Source of the DNA: Tubulanus polymorphus
Lineage: Eukaryota; Animalia; Nemertea
Length of the DNA: 64,000 nucleotides
Assembly (NCBI RefSeq): GCF_964204645.1
Contig: NC_134031.1
Location: 18,235,910-18,299,909, forward strand
Direction: 5' to 3'
Under the pieces are notes generated by a model. The model had not been told where the DNA came from. It worked only from the letters and a program-made list of their open reading frames with translations, and did not search any database. The position numbers and the translations under genes were made by a program. Positions 12,939 through 27,900 of the stretch are shown here, in pieces. Position 1 is the stretch's first letter. Each line of letters opens with the position of its first letter.

Positions 12939-15900
12939 GTCAGTATCTATTTCTAACAGCTTATTAATCAATATTCGGATTCAAAAGTTTGTTAACCAAT
13001 TATCAAAAAAATTAGCGTTTTAACTCTATTTTTCAAAATTCACATTTTCATACACTTAATCGTTCAGTCCAAAAGTTTTAAAAAAATTAATTTTTCCAAA
13101 AAATTAATCATTCAGGGTATTAATTAGCAGTCAGTAATAATTAAATGAAACATTTTTGCAAGTCAAGCCTAAATTTCTAGCTCTCATAATTTTCTTAATT
13201 TTAGAATCTATTCGATTATATTATAATTGATAATTAAGTTTAATTACTAGTTTGTATTAAATCTTTATAGTATTAAGTCTTTTAGTCGTACTTAGATCTT
13301 TTTTCCTTAATTTCAAAACCTTCTGAATAAGTTTATGATTGAATTATTGTTTATTCGGCGATAGGCCTAAACCTATTTTCTGTTGTTTTTTAACAAAAAT
13401 CCGTAACTATTTATTTTGATTCGGATTGTAATCAGAGATGGTCTAAACACCAATATTCCAGGAAAGTTGTTACCCAAATAGAAAACCGTGTGGTCGATAT
13501 TTGATAAAGGGTCACGGCTATTGATGATAGTGTCTGGAATTTTTAAACTTTGACCCGAAACTGCAGAATCTTTGGTGATGTGTGTCTCAGTCAACAGGTT
13601 ACGAGTTCACATCCTATAGTTTAGGCGATGGTGAATATTTTTTGTTGTCGAAACTAGGCCGGTCTGTTCGAGACAACCTGAGAGCTATCAAAATAAAGAC
13701 CCCAGGGCTTTATTATGTATGTCCTCGCACCGGAAAGACTTGATTGTTATAAATTAGGTGACTCAACCCGGAGGAAACAACAAAACACTCTTTTGAGAAA
13801 AAAACAAACCGTAGAAGCCAGAGTTTTCTTTGAGATCAAAAGTGACCTAGACTTTGAAAGTTTTGAGACGTGTTCGAAATAAGATATTTTATGATGAAAC
13901 AAGGTTTATTGATAAAAAGTCAACGACACATGAAAGAATGTATGATGATTAATTGCTATCGACCAAAAATTACCTTGCGTCGATTTTAAGAATCCTTTTA
14001 TTCGTGATGAACAAACGAATTGATTTTGATGTAGGTTAAGAGTCTTTAGAATCACTATTCTGCAGGTGGTCTTCAGATCCTGCTCATTCATATAAAATAA
14101 TGTTATTTCAATGTTACAATACTAGGGCAGTGCGCTACTGTATATTGTAGCTACTACTAGCATTAGAAAAAACCACAGAATCCTCTAAAGATTACGTTTT
14201 GAATAGCATTGATTTTTTTTTCATGTTTTTATTAAAATACACTGAAACTTGGATAAGTCGTCACAGTGCTTAAGTTATCAATATTTTTTCAGTCCCAATC
14301 TGTATTTCTATGTACTTTCTATGGAGTGTTAGGTCGTCATTTAGATAAGTCATCGCATTACTGAAGTTTGAGTCAACGTCACGACTGTGTTGCAAATTGA
14401 GGGCCCAATTGTGAACTTTCACAAAATATCAGTTCGTTTACAATAAAAAGTTGCTTCCGTAGTTTTGAGACTTCATTCTAAAAAAATCAACAACCTTCTA
14501 TTAGGTCTGGCATGTGGTCTACGTACCCCAGGGGCGGATCCAGGGGCAAGTTGTGACCATGTTGACCAATATTAAGGGCATATATTCTTAATTTAGGGCG
14601 GAAAGTCATATCAGCAGAATTTTTGAAATTTTACTATCATTTTAGAGCTTTCTGAGCATCTCTGAGAGGCATTTAGTCAAGAAACATAGGTTATATATTT
14701 AGAAAAAATATCTATTGTGTATCTCGGGTGGTAACAACGGCAAATTATGATACAGAGAGAAAAAGTAAAAAGGCATTAAAGAATTGACACGGTCGATATG
14801 GTCTAAATCCGCCCCTGTACCCTGGCTTTGACTGAGATTAAGAATTAACTCAAAACACAATGAATACAACAGGTGTTGTTGATTCTTTTTAGATCAGTCC
14901 CTATTTAGTGTCTTTATGATTGATGTTTGATTTTCTGTGTATCTAGTATTTATTCAGTATTTATCGATAACGCAGTCGTCTGCTACTGTTTCTCATACTC
15001 TCCGAATGCTTTTCTAACCCAGATATCGTAAGGGTTTTTTTTTCAGTTTAGGAAGTGGCTTTTGAAAAATTTTTAAAACAAAAAAGTACATAGTGTGTGT
15101 ATGCCATTTTGTATACTAGCAATAAACCCCAAGTTCCGTAGTTGATTGAAGAGCAGTAATAAGTTGATTCAGGGTCGCTACTTATTTGGAAATCAAGGAG
15201 AAGTGATGGAAATTTCCTTCTTTTTAAGAATGTCAGGAAATTTTGTAAAAAAAGTCAGGGAAATTTGTTGCAGTAGTTTCGAAATGAAAGTTATGTTTTA
15301 AGTCTAGAGTCTTGTTATAATTACGAACTGTGATTTGACTTGGTTCTTTACGTCGGGCCCGATCTGGGCTCAGTATAGGTCTATTATAAATCTTAATGTT
15401 GACTGTGACCTAAAGATCAGATCCAAGCAGGTGTAGTGGATTGATAATTGCCACCAAATCAGACAAGAAATCAAATCAAATCTACCAATCAAATAAATCC
15501 CTATTTTAAGATAAAAAAGATCAGATAAGATAAGATCTATCCTATTTTGATGTCAGTTGTTGGTGGCATGTTGTTTTTGACCTGCGCGATAGTATAGGCT
15601 AGGGTTGACTTAGTGGGTGGATGATTACTGAATGTTTAGTCTGTTCTCTGCTGTACGTTCAAACCACATGTTATTTCCGATTCTAGAATAATAGCACCGT
15701 ACACACCAAGTTGCGGAAATATTTTTGCTGACATGATTTTTTTCCAGCCCTGATCGCCTGAATGAGAGCCGGTTTAAAATAGATACTAGCATCACAAGGT
15801 CCCCAGCTGTATATTGTATCAGTTGTTTCAATTCGATTAAAGATGTTTTACTAACAAACTACAGAACTACAGGTGTTCCAAGAAGCTGGCCTTCAGACTT

Positions 15901-18900
15901 ACTACAGTAATCATCCGGAGGACCCTGAAACCGGGTCAAGAATTGCATCTTGTCAACAACCAACTTAAAACTATCCTGTTCTAGTTGCTCAAAATTTGTA
16001 AACCGACTTCTTGATTTTGAGTATTCATTTTTTTAAAATTTATGTACAATTGTACAATACTTGGAATCATAAAATGTTCACACGGAATTCACTTAATTCG
16101 TATTTTTCAATCCGGATTTTCACTTAATTCAGATGAAATATTTCGTCCATTGAACATGGAATTTAACCTGTAAATTATTATACATAATTCTGATTTTACT
16201 CTTGGAAGAGTTGGAAGAGATGCAGTCCCTAATTATCTGAATTCGGCGAGATGTATTCTCGAGGGAATATTTCAGGGGATGTAAAGTTTTTGAGTCGTGT
16301 CACGTTGTTCTCTTACAGCCACACCCCTTGCCAGCACCGGAATCGGAAGGTTTAGAAGGACTCACCACGTTGCAGGACGATGAAGATTTTGCTGCATCCG
16401 GTGAATCTGGAGATGGAGGAAGCGGCGATGATAAAAGGAGATCGGAGGATCTTACTAATCCTGAATTCCCAGGTAAACACTGCGCACGCAGACAGACTGG
16501 CCGTGTCTCTTCTCGGAGTTTCCCCGAGGTCTCTTACACCAGTAGTAGTTAGATGTGAAGTTATTTTGATTCTTACCAAACTTGTCCTCAACTGAAACTT
16601 GTATGGGTTTGGAAGGTTAAGTACTAATGATGTGGTTAGCGGTGTAAAAATCCCCTCGGTAAAAATGCTGTTGATGTTTTAGATGTTTTGAGGCTGTGAA
16701 TTAATTGAACAGTTGCTGTTATTTGCCAGCCGAGGAGAGGCGGTCTGTTAAAGCAATCAGTTTCACTCAGAACTATTTTCTAAATTTTCCAGTTAATGAA
16801 AAACTGATTGACATTCTCTATTAGCTATGAAATGTATAGAGTATATACGTGGGTAGTGGAGGTGTTTGGTTTAGACAGTTCAAACAGAGGGTTGAAAACA
16901 ATAACAATAACCTCCTGTGATTAATGACCTACAGCCAGTTTCACACCTACTACATTCCCACTAAATATTATCGGAAGTAATTACTTCCCCAAGGTCCATT
17001 TTCACAAAGCAAAATTATATGTGCAAGGATCCAGTCCCACAGTTCTGGATCCAGTTCCACCGTTCAGGAGCCAGTTCTACAGTTCTGGAGCCAGTCCCAC
17101 AGTTCTGGATCCAGTTCCACCGTTCAGGAGCCAGTTCTACAGTTCTGGAGCCAGTCCCACAGTTCTGGAGCCAGTCCCACAGTTCTGGATCCAGTTCCAC
17201 AGTTCTGGAGCAAGTTCCATGGTTCAGGAACCAGTTCCATGGTTCAGGAGCCAGTCCCACAGTCCTGGAGTCAGTCCCACAGTTCTGGATCCAGTTCCAC
17301 AGTTCAGGACCCAGTTCCACAATTCTCATCCCAGCTTCATGGTTCAGGACTCAGTTCCACAGTTCAAGGCCCAGTTTCACAATTCTGAGGTCAGTTCCAT
17401 TGTTCAGGAGCCAGTTCCGCAGTTTCAATCTGATCTGATCTCTAGTATAGAGTTAAACTATGTAACTGGATCCTGAATTACATTTGACTTGTAAGAGGTT
17501 AAACAAACGTAGAACTGGTCCTTGTCCACTAATAATTATCATTTAGGCCTACAATAAATCTTTTCAAATTGATAAATATCTAAATTTTTTTTCCAGAGTT
17601 TTATCGGGTACAGCTGAGACTGTTATCACCGGCGTATACCGACGCGTTGGGAGATAGATCAAGTATTCAGTTTAACACTCTAGCGTCGTTAGTCGCCAGC
17701 GCTGTCCAAGGGCTTTATATCCGTACCCCGGGCCAACAGGTAGCTTCAGTATTACAGTTTAAGTAAGTACAATCGAAGAAATTCACTGTGTCTTGTAATT
17801 ACTAGTGTTAAAACCAGAAAAAAACTGAACTTTCGGTCGCGATTAAGGAATTGTTTTTTTTTCTCAGCTGAAAACCAGATAATTGAAATTAAAGATCTTT
17901 AATCAAAGCTTTCAGCATTCTTGATATCGGTTTGACATTTCACTGTTTATCCGTAAATCAGAGACACCAGTTCCGTCGCTCCTCGATTATAACATCGCAA
18001 ATGAACTGGATCCCCGTGAAAATGTGTTTAAAACGAAAAGTAGAAATGTTCATTCTCTCGAGAAGAATATTTTGGTCGTGATGATTTTAACGTGTCGAAA
18101 AATGCTTAAAATGTCCCTACTCTTGTGGAATTGATGTACAGTCAAACCCACATAGAAGATGATTATTGTCAATGGCGACTTAAACTTACAAATATGGACT
18201 CATAAATAGAAATGAAATCATTACTTTGAAGACTGATCCAATGGATGGATGAAACGAGTGATTCATTGACTGTAGTCTGAATAGAATCATTGATTGCTGG
18301 ATTGATATTCTCAGGTCCGGTACTGGTAATACCCTCGTAGTGACGCTCGATGTCGGAACTTCGGGTTTCAATAATCCTGAGATTCTAGAGAAGGTCCTAC
18401 GCGACGCTGTCAGGTCGAGAAAAATAGGATCATATCAAACTCTTCCTGATGGGTTTGAATTCCGTTCACTCGGAGGTAAGTGCAGAGGGGCAGGGTGGGG
18501 CAGGGAGTGCTTGAGGGTGGGGCAGAGAGTGTTTGATGGTGGGGCAGGGAGTGTTTGATGGTCGGGCAGGGAGTGTTTGATGGTGGGGCATGGAGTGTTT
18601 GATGGTGGGGCAGGCAGTGTTTGATGGTGGGGCAGGGAGTGTTTGATGGTGGGGCAGGGAGTGTTTGATGGTCGGGCAGGGAGTGTTTGATGGTCGGGCA
18701 TGGAGTGTTTGATGGTGGGGCAGGGAGTGTTTGATGGTCGGGCAGGGAGTGTTTGATGGTGGGGCATGGAGTGTTTGATGGTGGGGCAGGCAGTGTTTGA
18801 TGGTGGGGCAGGGAGTGTTTGATGGTGGGGCAGGGAGTGTTTGATGGTCGGGCAGGGAGTGTTTGATGGTCGGGCATGGACTGTTTGATGGTGGGGCAGG

Positions 18901-21900
18901 CAGTGTTTGATGGTGGGGCAGGGAGTGTTTGATGGTGGGGCATGGAGTGTTTGATGGTTGGGCAGGGAAAGCGTTCCTTGATATTTAAAAGGACTTTTAG
19001 TCTTAATGAATTTCAGCTTTAAATGAGAACATAAAAATCCACTTAAGGCACGTTTCTTTTTTAACATCTGTTTTGCGTTTTACTATTATTTAACACTTGT
19101 CGTAGGTTTTTACTGAAGGGAAATATTCAAGCATGAGATTTTCTTCTAGGGGTTGATCACGCTATGAAATTAGAGGCTGAAATACCCACAGTTCCAGACA
19201 TAGTTCTTGGTTCAGTTTGAATTTTTCACTTACAATTTACTTTCAATTAGTTCTTTACCAATATTCGAACCCTTCAGTTAAATCTGAATTCACAGCGGTT
19301 TACGAACTGGATCCAGAACTGTGCAACTAGGCCTTAGTATCTTGAAATAAAGAAATCTTCAACTTTGTCTTTCCCACCCAGGCATTTGAGGGCCTTGTAA
19401 GATAATCTTTCTTTGATTGAAATGGCCCGTGCATTCCTCTCCGTAGTTCGAGATATTCAATTACACCGACACAAGTTGTTTAAATATTATGAGGTAAAAT
19501 TAATGATTTCTACAAGAGGTCAACAATCTCTTTATCTTAAGTAGATTCTTGTCTCGTTTCGATTAGTCAAATAATATGCTAGTTAAATAGAAGATAGCGG
19601 GTACCTCGGGTACCTGTATGTATTACAGTAGTCTACGAGAGTTTCTCGGTCCCTGGCACGATTGATTCAACTTGATTCATAATCGATGGCCTTGATTTTG
19701 AATTCTTTCCTAGAAGTTATAGAACTGCATTCCGGTACGAATTTAATATTTGCCTAATGAAAAGTTGTCGGTATTAAATTCTAGACACAATACAAACATG
19801 TTTGCAATGAAAAGTTAAGACATTCTAATGACAAACTTGAAAAGTTGAAGTCTTTGAAGAGATTAAAAGTGAGAAGTTTAGTTTATGGCAAACATTTTTC
19901 AGTTGTTGAAAAGTTGAAGTCGTTGACGATGAAATGTTGAGATATCGATGAAAAAATGTAATGAAAGATAATTCAGATCTCAGAAGGACCGCCGTGTTTC
20001 ACTGAAGAGAAAAAAAATTTCATTTGTTGAACTAAAGCAAAAACTTCATGATTTTCACTGCAGGGTCAGCTTTTATTTAACAAAATTCGAAGTCAAAAAT
20101 GGAATTCAACTTGGTCCTGATCTACATTACTCGATCCTGGTCTACATGACTCGGTCCTGGTCTACATGACTCGATCCCGATCTATATGACTCGGTCCTGG
20201 TCTACATGACTCGATCCTGGTCTATATGACTCGGTCGTGGTCTACATGACCCGGTCCTGGTCTACATGATCCGGTCCTGGTCTACACGACTCAGTCCTGG
20301 TCTACAGGATCTGGTCCTGGTCTACACGACTCAGTCCTGGTCTACATGACCCGGTCCTGGTCTACATGATCCGGTCCTGGTCTACATGACTCGTTCAGGT
20401 CTTTCTATTATTTTCATATTTACAGGCGGTACGACGTGCCCCACTGTGATTGGTCGAAATCCGTCCGCGTTACCTCACGTCGGCAACAACTGGGCGAATC
20501 TGATGGTCAACAATATTTTCCCGTGCGACGGATACATCACCGGGTTCGAATATAACCGCGGAACGGCGCGCGGGAAGTGTTTTATCGGAATCTGGTCGCG
20601 TATGGGTCCGCAGACGTTTAAACTTCACGAGAAGATTCTCGTGCCGGAGCAAGCGGTCGGCGTGCATCGACTCAACCTAACGCGACCGATCCCGGTGAAA
20701 AAGGGTGATTTTATCGGCGTGCATTACGACCGCGACACGCCCGCCGGCGTTATCTCGTACACGATGGCCGAGGACGGATTAGTGTCGCCGAACGAACTGT
20801 ATCGGACGTACCAGGCCGAGGTGTTCAACGATCGGATCATCGAAGACGTTCCCATCGATTTCCGTCTGTTCAAAGGAAACGAAATTACGAAAACTTTCGC
20901 GTTGAAAAGTATCGTAGATTATAACTACGGTGAGTGTCTCTTGTTATTATCTTAATCTGCATCTGATTGGGATCATCTTTCATGGATCCAAGTTGGGAAT
21001 GATAATGAGATGAATCCAGTTTAGAGAACGACTGCCACTCTGACTTATTTGTCAATGAACTTAAAAAATTGGATTGATCCTTTTATTGGTAGATTTCGTT
21101 TGATTTGTTTTGATTTGGCGTCATCCCTTACACCTGCCATGAGCGAAATAGGGGGTTTGATCGTGAAATCGGAAATATTTCACCGAGTTGAGAATCAGAG
21201 AACTTGTTGGTGTTGGGACTGCTGTAGATATCTTGTGAAGTTGTGTGGATACTGAGTAAGAGAAATTTAAAGTCTCGAATGATTTTTGAAAAATTCTTCG
21301 ACTTGAGCGGTTGACTGGGTCGACCGGTACCGAGCAAACATGAGAAAAAGAATCTACGTAGAAGATACCGGTAATGATAAAATCAAAATCCTGATAAACC
21401 GTTTGAGGTGTATGATGGTTGTAGCTTTGAAAGGGTTAAGTTCGTTCTGGGTTTCTGTATTTTCTTGGTAAAGTGGCTGATGTCACATCACACGGGTATC
21501 ACAGTCGTGTATCGAATAAACTGATAAAACAGCTAATTACCATTCCAGTTCGTATACACAAATATGTAACCAGACGCTCGCTCGCATTGCCTTGACCTTC
21601 GTGGAGAAATCACTGATGAATAAGTTAATTAGTTTGTATTGATGAGTTGAGATGTATCCCACCTGCTGTTGGTACTGATCGAAGAAGTGCTGTAGTATGT
21701 TTGTTTTACAATTTATAAATACTAAATGCATGGTATATCCTGTATGGATGGATGGACGCTGATACTTGAATCATTGTACCGAGTGACCTTTCAGTTTGGA
21801 TATTACCCCTAAATCTTTCTCTCACCCTCTCTCTCACTCGCACTGTCAGTTGTTTGAACGATAAAGTTTAAAAAAAATGATTTTATGGAGCTGAAATGTT

Positions 21901-24900
21901 TTTAAATGTCTCGTTAAAAGAGATGTTTTTAAATCTGGCTCGTATTGTTCTTACCCTCCACAACCCTCAGTATAGAGATTTACCAGTCATCCTGGTACAA
22001 TAAATGTTATCGTATCACTACGTATTGTCTGTCATTGTATCATCTTTATTCCCAGTACATGTTTGTTTAATAAGCAATAGTATTTATGATAGGTGAACCA
22101 AAACATCATAGGATTGTTATAATCAGTCTTCACTGGCTTCAGAATCTGAAGTTCCAGATGCAAACCATTCCTTTTCCCCCAGAGTCATTGAAGTTGAGAT
22201 CCGTGATTTGACTATCGTTGAATAACCCCAGGATCCAGTTCCTCAGATGTGAGTTAGAGTTAACTGTGAACTCAGAATCCACTTCCACAGTTGTGAGTTA
22301 GAGTTAATTCTGAACTTGGGATCCACTCCCACAGTTTTAAGGTCAACTCTGAGACTTAAAAAAATCAGTTAATTTTCGATTCTGGAATCAAACTCGAGTC
22401 AAATCTTAACTCACAACTGCGGAACTGGGTCCTGAATTTTTACAAATTCACACAGATTGCTGAGTTAAGCTGTGATATATAGTGGCACATCACGCATCAA
22501 TGAACCCTTTACTCGATAAAATGATTTGCTTTTTTGTGCTGAATTTTCTGATAAATTTATGTCTTCATTGATGTCATCATTTCGAAGCTAATAAAGCAAT
22601 TTTCTTGTCGATTTTTATCGGGCGAATTTTTCCTGAAAGTTCTTTACGTAATTAACAATTAATTATTGCTCTTGTTAATGATATTTTTTCCGACACATGT
22701 GGTTCTAATAGCCATTCACAGTACAATGAGAGAGTGGAGAGAGAACGAGAGAGTGGGAGGGGCGAGAAATTGACTTCATTCTTAACAGGTTGTAATCAGC
22801 CAAATTAAACAACTATTTCCTAGTATGAAATACTGTGTATTCTGAATCAGTTGATGCAGTTAGCAGGAATGTTATATATCGTCAGTTGTTTTGAATGTTT
22901 AGGACGTTCTTTAAGAGGTTTATTCCTGTTGGATTAACAACTCTCTTTGAAAGTCCTTTTTTCCGCGTTATGTAAACTTTTCAGTTTTTGTGTCGTGTAA
23001 ACTGAAATACATCTAGTGTTTCTGTGTTCAGGAGAAAGTCCGGCCGGAGACGCCGGTCCCAGTCAAGGATATTCATTTCATCGAAAAAGAAAATATTATT
23101 TTCATTTTCATGTCGTCAAATTTTACCGTAATTTTCAAAGCGAATTTAAAAATACTTTGCGCAGTTACAGTGTTTTCTCGCGTATTGGAAAAAAGGTTCC
23201 AGATGGTTAGAAATGTCGTCGTTCAATAGGTCAAAACTCACTACGAACGAACTGCAGTATTTCAGAGGAGGCCAAATAGGTCACTATGTCATCTGAGACT
23301 TCTTAACCCAAAAACCGGGAAACATCACGAATTCTTGCAAGAAGAGTGAACTGGAGGAGTTGTTTTTTAATGCACGGATAAAAAAAATCTGCTCCTCGTT
23401 CGTGGAGTTCATGGAATTATGGAATTATTAACGGGTTGTACTAGTGGTAGTTTATTGACTGTTTTGATATTTTATTTACTAGTTCCGCCGTCTGTAACCG
23501 ACGCCCCGGAGATTGTCACCTGCACGTCTGCTCAGTTCCGCTGCGCTGACGGTACGTGTATCGATAGGAGGAGGAAGTGCGATCGTAGGTACGACTGTCC
23601 CGATCAATCTGATGAACAAAACTGTCGTAAGTATTGACTGCCCCACCTCTCCTGAACCACGTCGACCGTTCAGCACACCTTCCTACACCCCTGTACTACA
23701 CCAACTCCTTTCCTGGACCCCCGGACCCTATACCACTCCCCTATCCAGCAATGAAACCCCTGCCCAAATTCCTCCCTCTCTTCCAGTGTGTTACGTCCCT
23801 CACGCATCCCCTATATTGAGCCCTCTTTCCTCTCCGTGTACCATATCTCTTTGTATTCTCTGCTGTAATTGTGATTAAGTTCTCTGAATGTTAAACATAA
23901 ATGCGATGAAAATCTATCCTGATCTCTCTATTGCCGCCCACCATCCTGATCTCTCTATTGCCGCCTGCCCGCCCTCCTCACCAATAATACTTTACACATT
24001 AAACCTATCTTCAATTACCCTCAAAAATTTGGTCTACAGTTATAGATATTTGCCGCTAGACTAGAAATCTACTTAATTGGAGGTTATAATAAAAGTTTTA
24101 CGATTTGCGTCGATCAATGTCTGAAGATTTTCACAATTGTCTCTTGAACACTACACGTAATAAGTGTTCACCACAAAGTTGTTGTTTGTTCTCATTGATA
24201 ATACAATAATTAGCGCATTGTTTTTGATAAGAAGTAGAAAATGTTTCATATATAGTTCTAATCGCTTGTTAATTGTTTATTTATGGCTTCGATCGAAGTT
24301 TATCTTCTCACAGTCAGAAGTATTTGGGCTACGGTTTCCTTCATATCTATTTTTATTGCCCCATATTTCCTTATATACACAATAATATAATAGTTCGTTG
24401 TACTGGTGTCTGCTGTGTGCTGTGTGTGCAATGACGACAACGTCTTCAAAACAATGTAAAGCAAAAAATCAACTTTTGATTGTTAGCCACGGTTGAGACC
24501 AATCAATGTCTTGTCCGTTGAGGCAACAGTAACTATCCCTCCCAGGTAAAAATACCCCCAAATTTGATTTCACAACAGAATTCAACGAAAATAGTTCAAT
24601 ATTCTTATCTTGTAAACCTTTTTCCTACATTTATCAAAAACTGGATTTTCAGTTTTCAACTTCATTATCACTGCTGTAGTATTGGAGTTTTCACGGCACA
24701 TTGCTGTGAATTCCTAACCTTTTATAGTGTTTACCTAATACGTTAAAAACCCACTATATACAAAATTTAAAAGATTTAAAGCAAATTTTATTTATCAAAC
24801 ATAAATTTTGTATCTAGTTGTAAAACTGATTATCTATATTCCCCATGTCAGAGTGTACAGCTATGTATTTATCTATTTCCAGCTATCGGATGTCGATCTG

Positions 24901-27900
24901 ATTTACAATTCCGTTGTTCTAACGGTCAATGTGTCGATGAATCGAGGAAGTGTAACGGTAGATACGACTGTCTCGACGGTTCTGATGAATTGAACTGCCG
25001 TAAGTTGACAACAACTGCCTCACAAACCCTCCCTCCCCCTACCTTCCTCCTCTAGCCTAATACCGGCTTTGAAAGCTTAAAGATCAGATTCTTGTCTGTA
25101 TTTAGGTCAGTTCTGAACTCAACCAAAAAAAGGAAAATTACTTAGGCTAAAAAGAATGATATATTGTTTCTCATAATCAGCCGGGTCATTTTGTTAACTG
25201 CGATAAAATCTGTGATCAGTTCATTTCGATAACTGCAGGGTCTGTTATTCTTGGCTTGATCATGATTTTGAAAAATTTTATGTACAGTGTAGGCGACTGG
25301 CTGGTTCAGCTTGTAAGTTTGGCAGGAATGAGATACAATGAGAATCAATTTTTTGGCCTTGAATTCAAATATCTTAATGTCCGAATCAAATTAAAAACCC
25401 ACTATCTATGGAACTGATTCCAGTTGTGTGGGTCTAATTTGACTCCGAGGTAAAGGAGTTGTATGAACTATGGAACTAGATACAGGTACAGCAGATCAGC
25501 AGGTCAATAGAGTCAGTGATGATTACTACAGACTGCATGCAGACTCTAACCTCAATTACTGTATAATGATATTAGCGCTGTTGTTAGTGGAATAATTAAA
25601 TCTCTATACAAGAGCTATTTTTATGTGATTAACACTTAATTATTGGTGATTAAGTGCGAATGAGTTAGTGAGTGGATTGAGAGAGAGGGGAAAAGAGGAG
25701 AGGGGAAGGGTGGAGAGGGAGAGAGAGAGAGAAGTGGGAAATGGTGGACAGGAGAGAGAATGAAAGAATGGATAAGGAATGAGAAATCAGTGGGACATAT
25801 GAGAGAGGGTAAAAGGGAAAGCATGGCAAGGGAGTTAGAAGGTTGAATGAGTGGATAGGAAGAGTTGGGTAGAGATTAGTGGGAGAGATTATAGAATGAA
25901 TGAGACAGCGAGAATGAGAGTTTCAGTTTGTTATATTTAGTTTTGTTAGCAGTTTGTATAAAACATCAAAGCTGCATCTCGCGTACATTTGCTTTTAGAT
26001 TCTGTAAATATAAATTCTAACACACCACAACCCGATTCCTCGTCTCTCGGCTTCACGCTTAGCTCTGTAGATTAGACAATGCTAATAATCCTTAATGAAT
26101 CTATGATAACTATGACAATGTTGACTCTGTGCGTAGCGATGTACTGTATTCAGATGAAATCTAAAAATGACCGAAATTCAGCGTATTTTCTCTGAAATCA
26201 GTGCATTTTTCAGCTAACACTGTGTAAAATAAAGTTAAAAGTTTGGCTTCAATTAATTTGCCGTATTGCTTAAAAACAGTATTAACTAACAAATCACTGA
26301 TCGCTGAATCTCAATGTCTGAGAAAAATGAAAAACATAGAAGGGAATAATTTCTAACAAATCTTTAGACAAGTTAACATTTTAGACATTTTCCTTGATGT
26401 GTACAGAAATATGAAAGATGTTATAACTGAGGGTCTTATCGTTGAAAACTGATTAATTTGAACATTTGCTTTCATATTTCAATGAAATATTACTGAAAAA
26501 GAATTCAATTTGTTACTGATAGCACTTTTCAGAGGTTGGCAGCCCTTGTATAGATCTTGAAGACATTGAGTTTCTGAAATAAATAACAATTTGCTTCGCT
26601 GGCCTATATAACACATGATTGTTGCAATGCTTTCTTAAACTAGCGGATGGGAATATAGCATGTAATGAGAATCAGTTCCGATGTGGTGACGGTCGCTGTG
26701 TTCCTATAACAACTCTCTGTAATGGTAGACAAGATTGTTTAGACAATTCCGATGAAATTGGATGTCGTAAGTGATGATGGGTAAAAATACTGTTCAGAAT
26801 TAAAATCCTTACCTTTGAAATGCGATTGAAACTTTCTTGAGTCCGATCCTGGTATTCAGGTTAACTGTGGAGCTGGATCTGATCCTGGTATTCAGTTAAA
26901 CTGTCGAACTGGATCCGATCCTGGTATTCAGTTAAGCTGTGGAGCTGGACTCGATCCTGGTATTCAAATCAAAACGATTGTTTCACCCATGCTTTGCCCA
27001 ATTTGTCATCTATAGTAATTTGTGATGAATATTTTCAGCGACGGAAGGTTGTAGACCTGGACAGTTTGTTTGCAGGAACGGTGCTTGTTTAGACGCGAGT
27101 TTAAGGTGTGATAGTAAATACGACTGTACAGACGGGTCGGATGAAACTGGATGTGGTGAGTTAATCACAATCAACAGCGTCCCTACAACTCCTTGATTCT
27201 TTCATAAATAGGGTGGCCACTGAGTCGGGATATCTGGAAATTCGATGTATAAGAAAAATCTAGAAAAAAATCAGGAAAAGCTCTTGGAATTTGACATATT
27301 TTATCAAAAGCTGGAAAACTCCAGGAATTCGGATGATACTATTGACCACGTGATTCAATGAAAACATTTATGAATTGTAACATATTTAAACCAAGAAATT
27401 TCGCAGATTTACTCAGTTAAATTTTGTATAATCACATGGAATAATCAGGAGATTTGTAAATGGAGTAAATGGGCAGACAGTGACCACCCTTCAAGTCACT
27501 GTTAAACTGGCTCTAGAAGATTTGACCAAGGTCACAGTTGTGTATTGATATTATCAACAGGTAGCAGATGTCGATCAGATCAGTTTGTGTGCGGTGACGG
27601 AGCGTGTCTCGATAGTCAGTACAAATGTGACGGACGTGGAGACTGTGCGGACGGATCTGATGAAAATAACTGCCGTAAGTGTTTGAATTTGAGTATCATG
27701 CAATCGTATTGTTCAAACCCTTTTCTGGTGTGTTAAAAGTTGAATATTGCATTGATTTTGAAGTTTCCAAGTTTTGTTGATTTTTCATTTGAAAACCAGT
27801 AAATATACCGGATGTGATTGTTGTATTTGTAGCAACGGAACCAGCGACTTGTCTTTCCGGTCAGCACACATGCGGTGATGGGGCGTGTTTAGAGGCTCAG

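Noticed and set aside
17015-19067. Repetitive ORFs on both strands (also 451-693)
   Set aside because: Minisatellite translations in introns or intergenic DNA.
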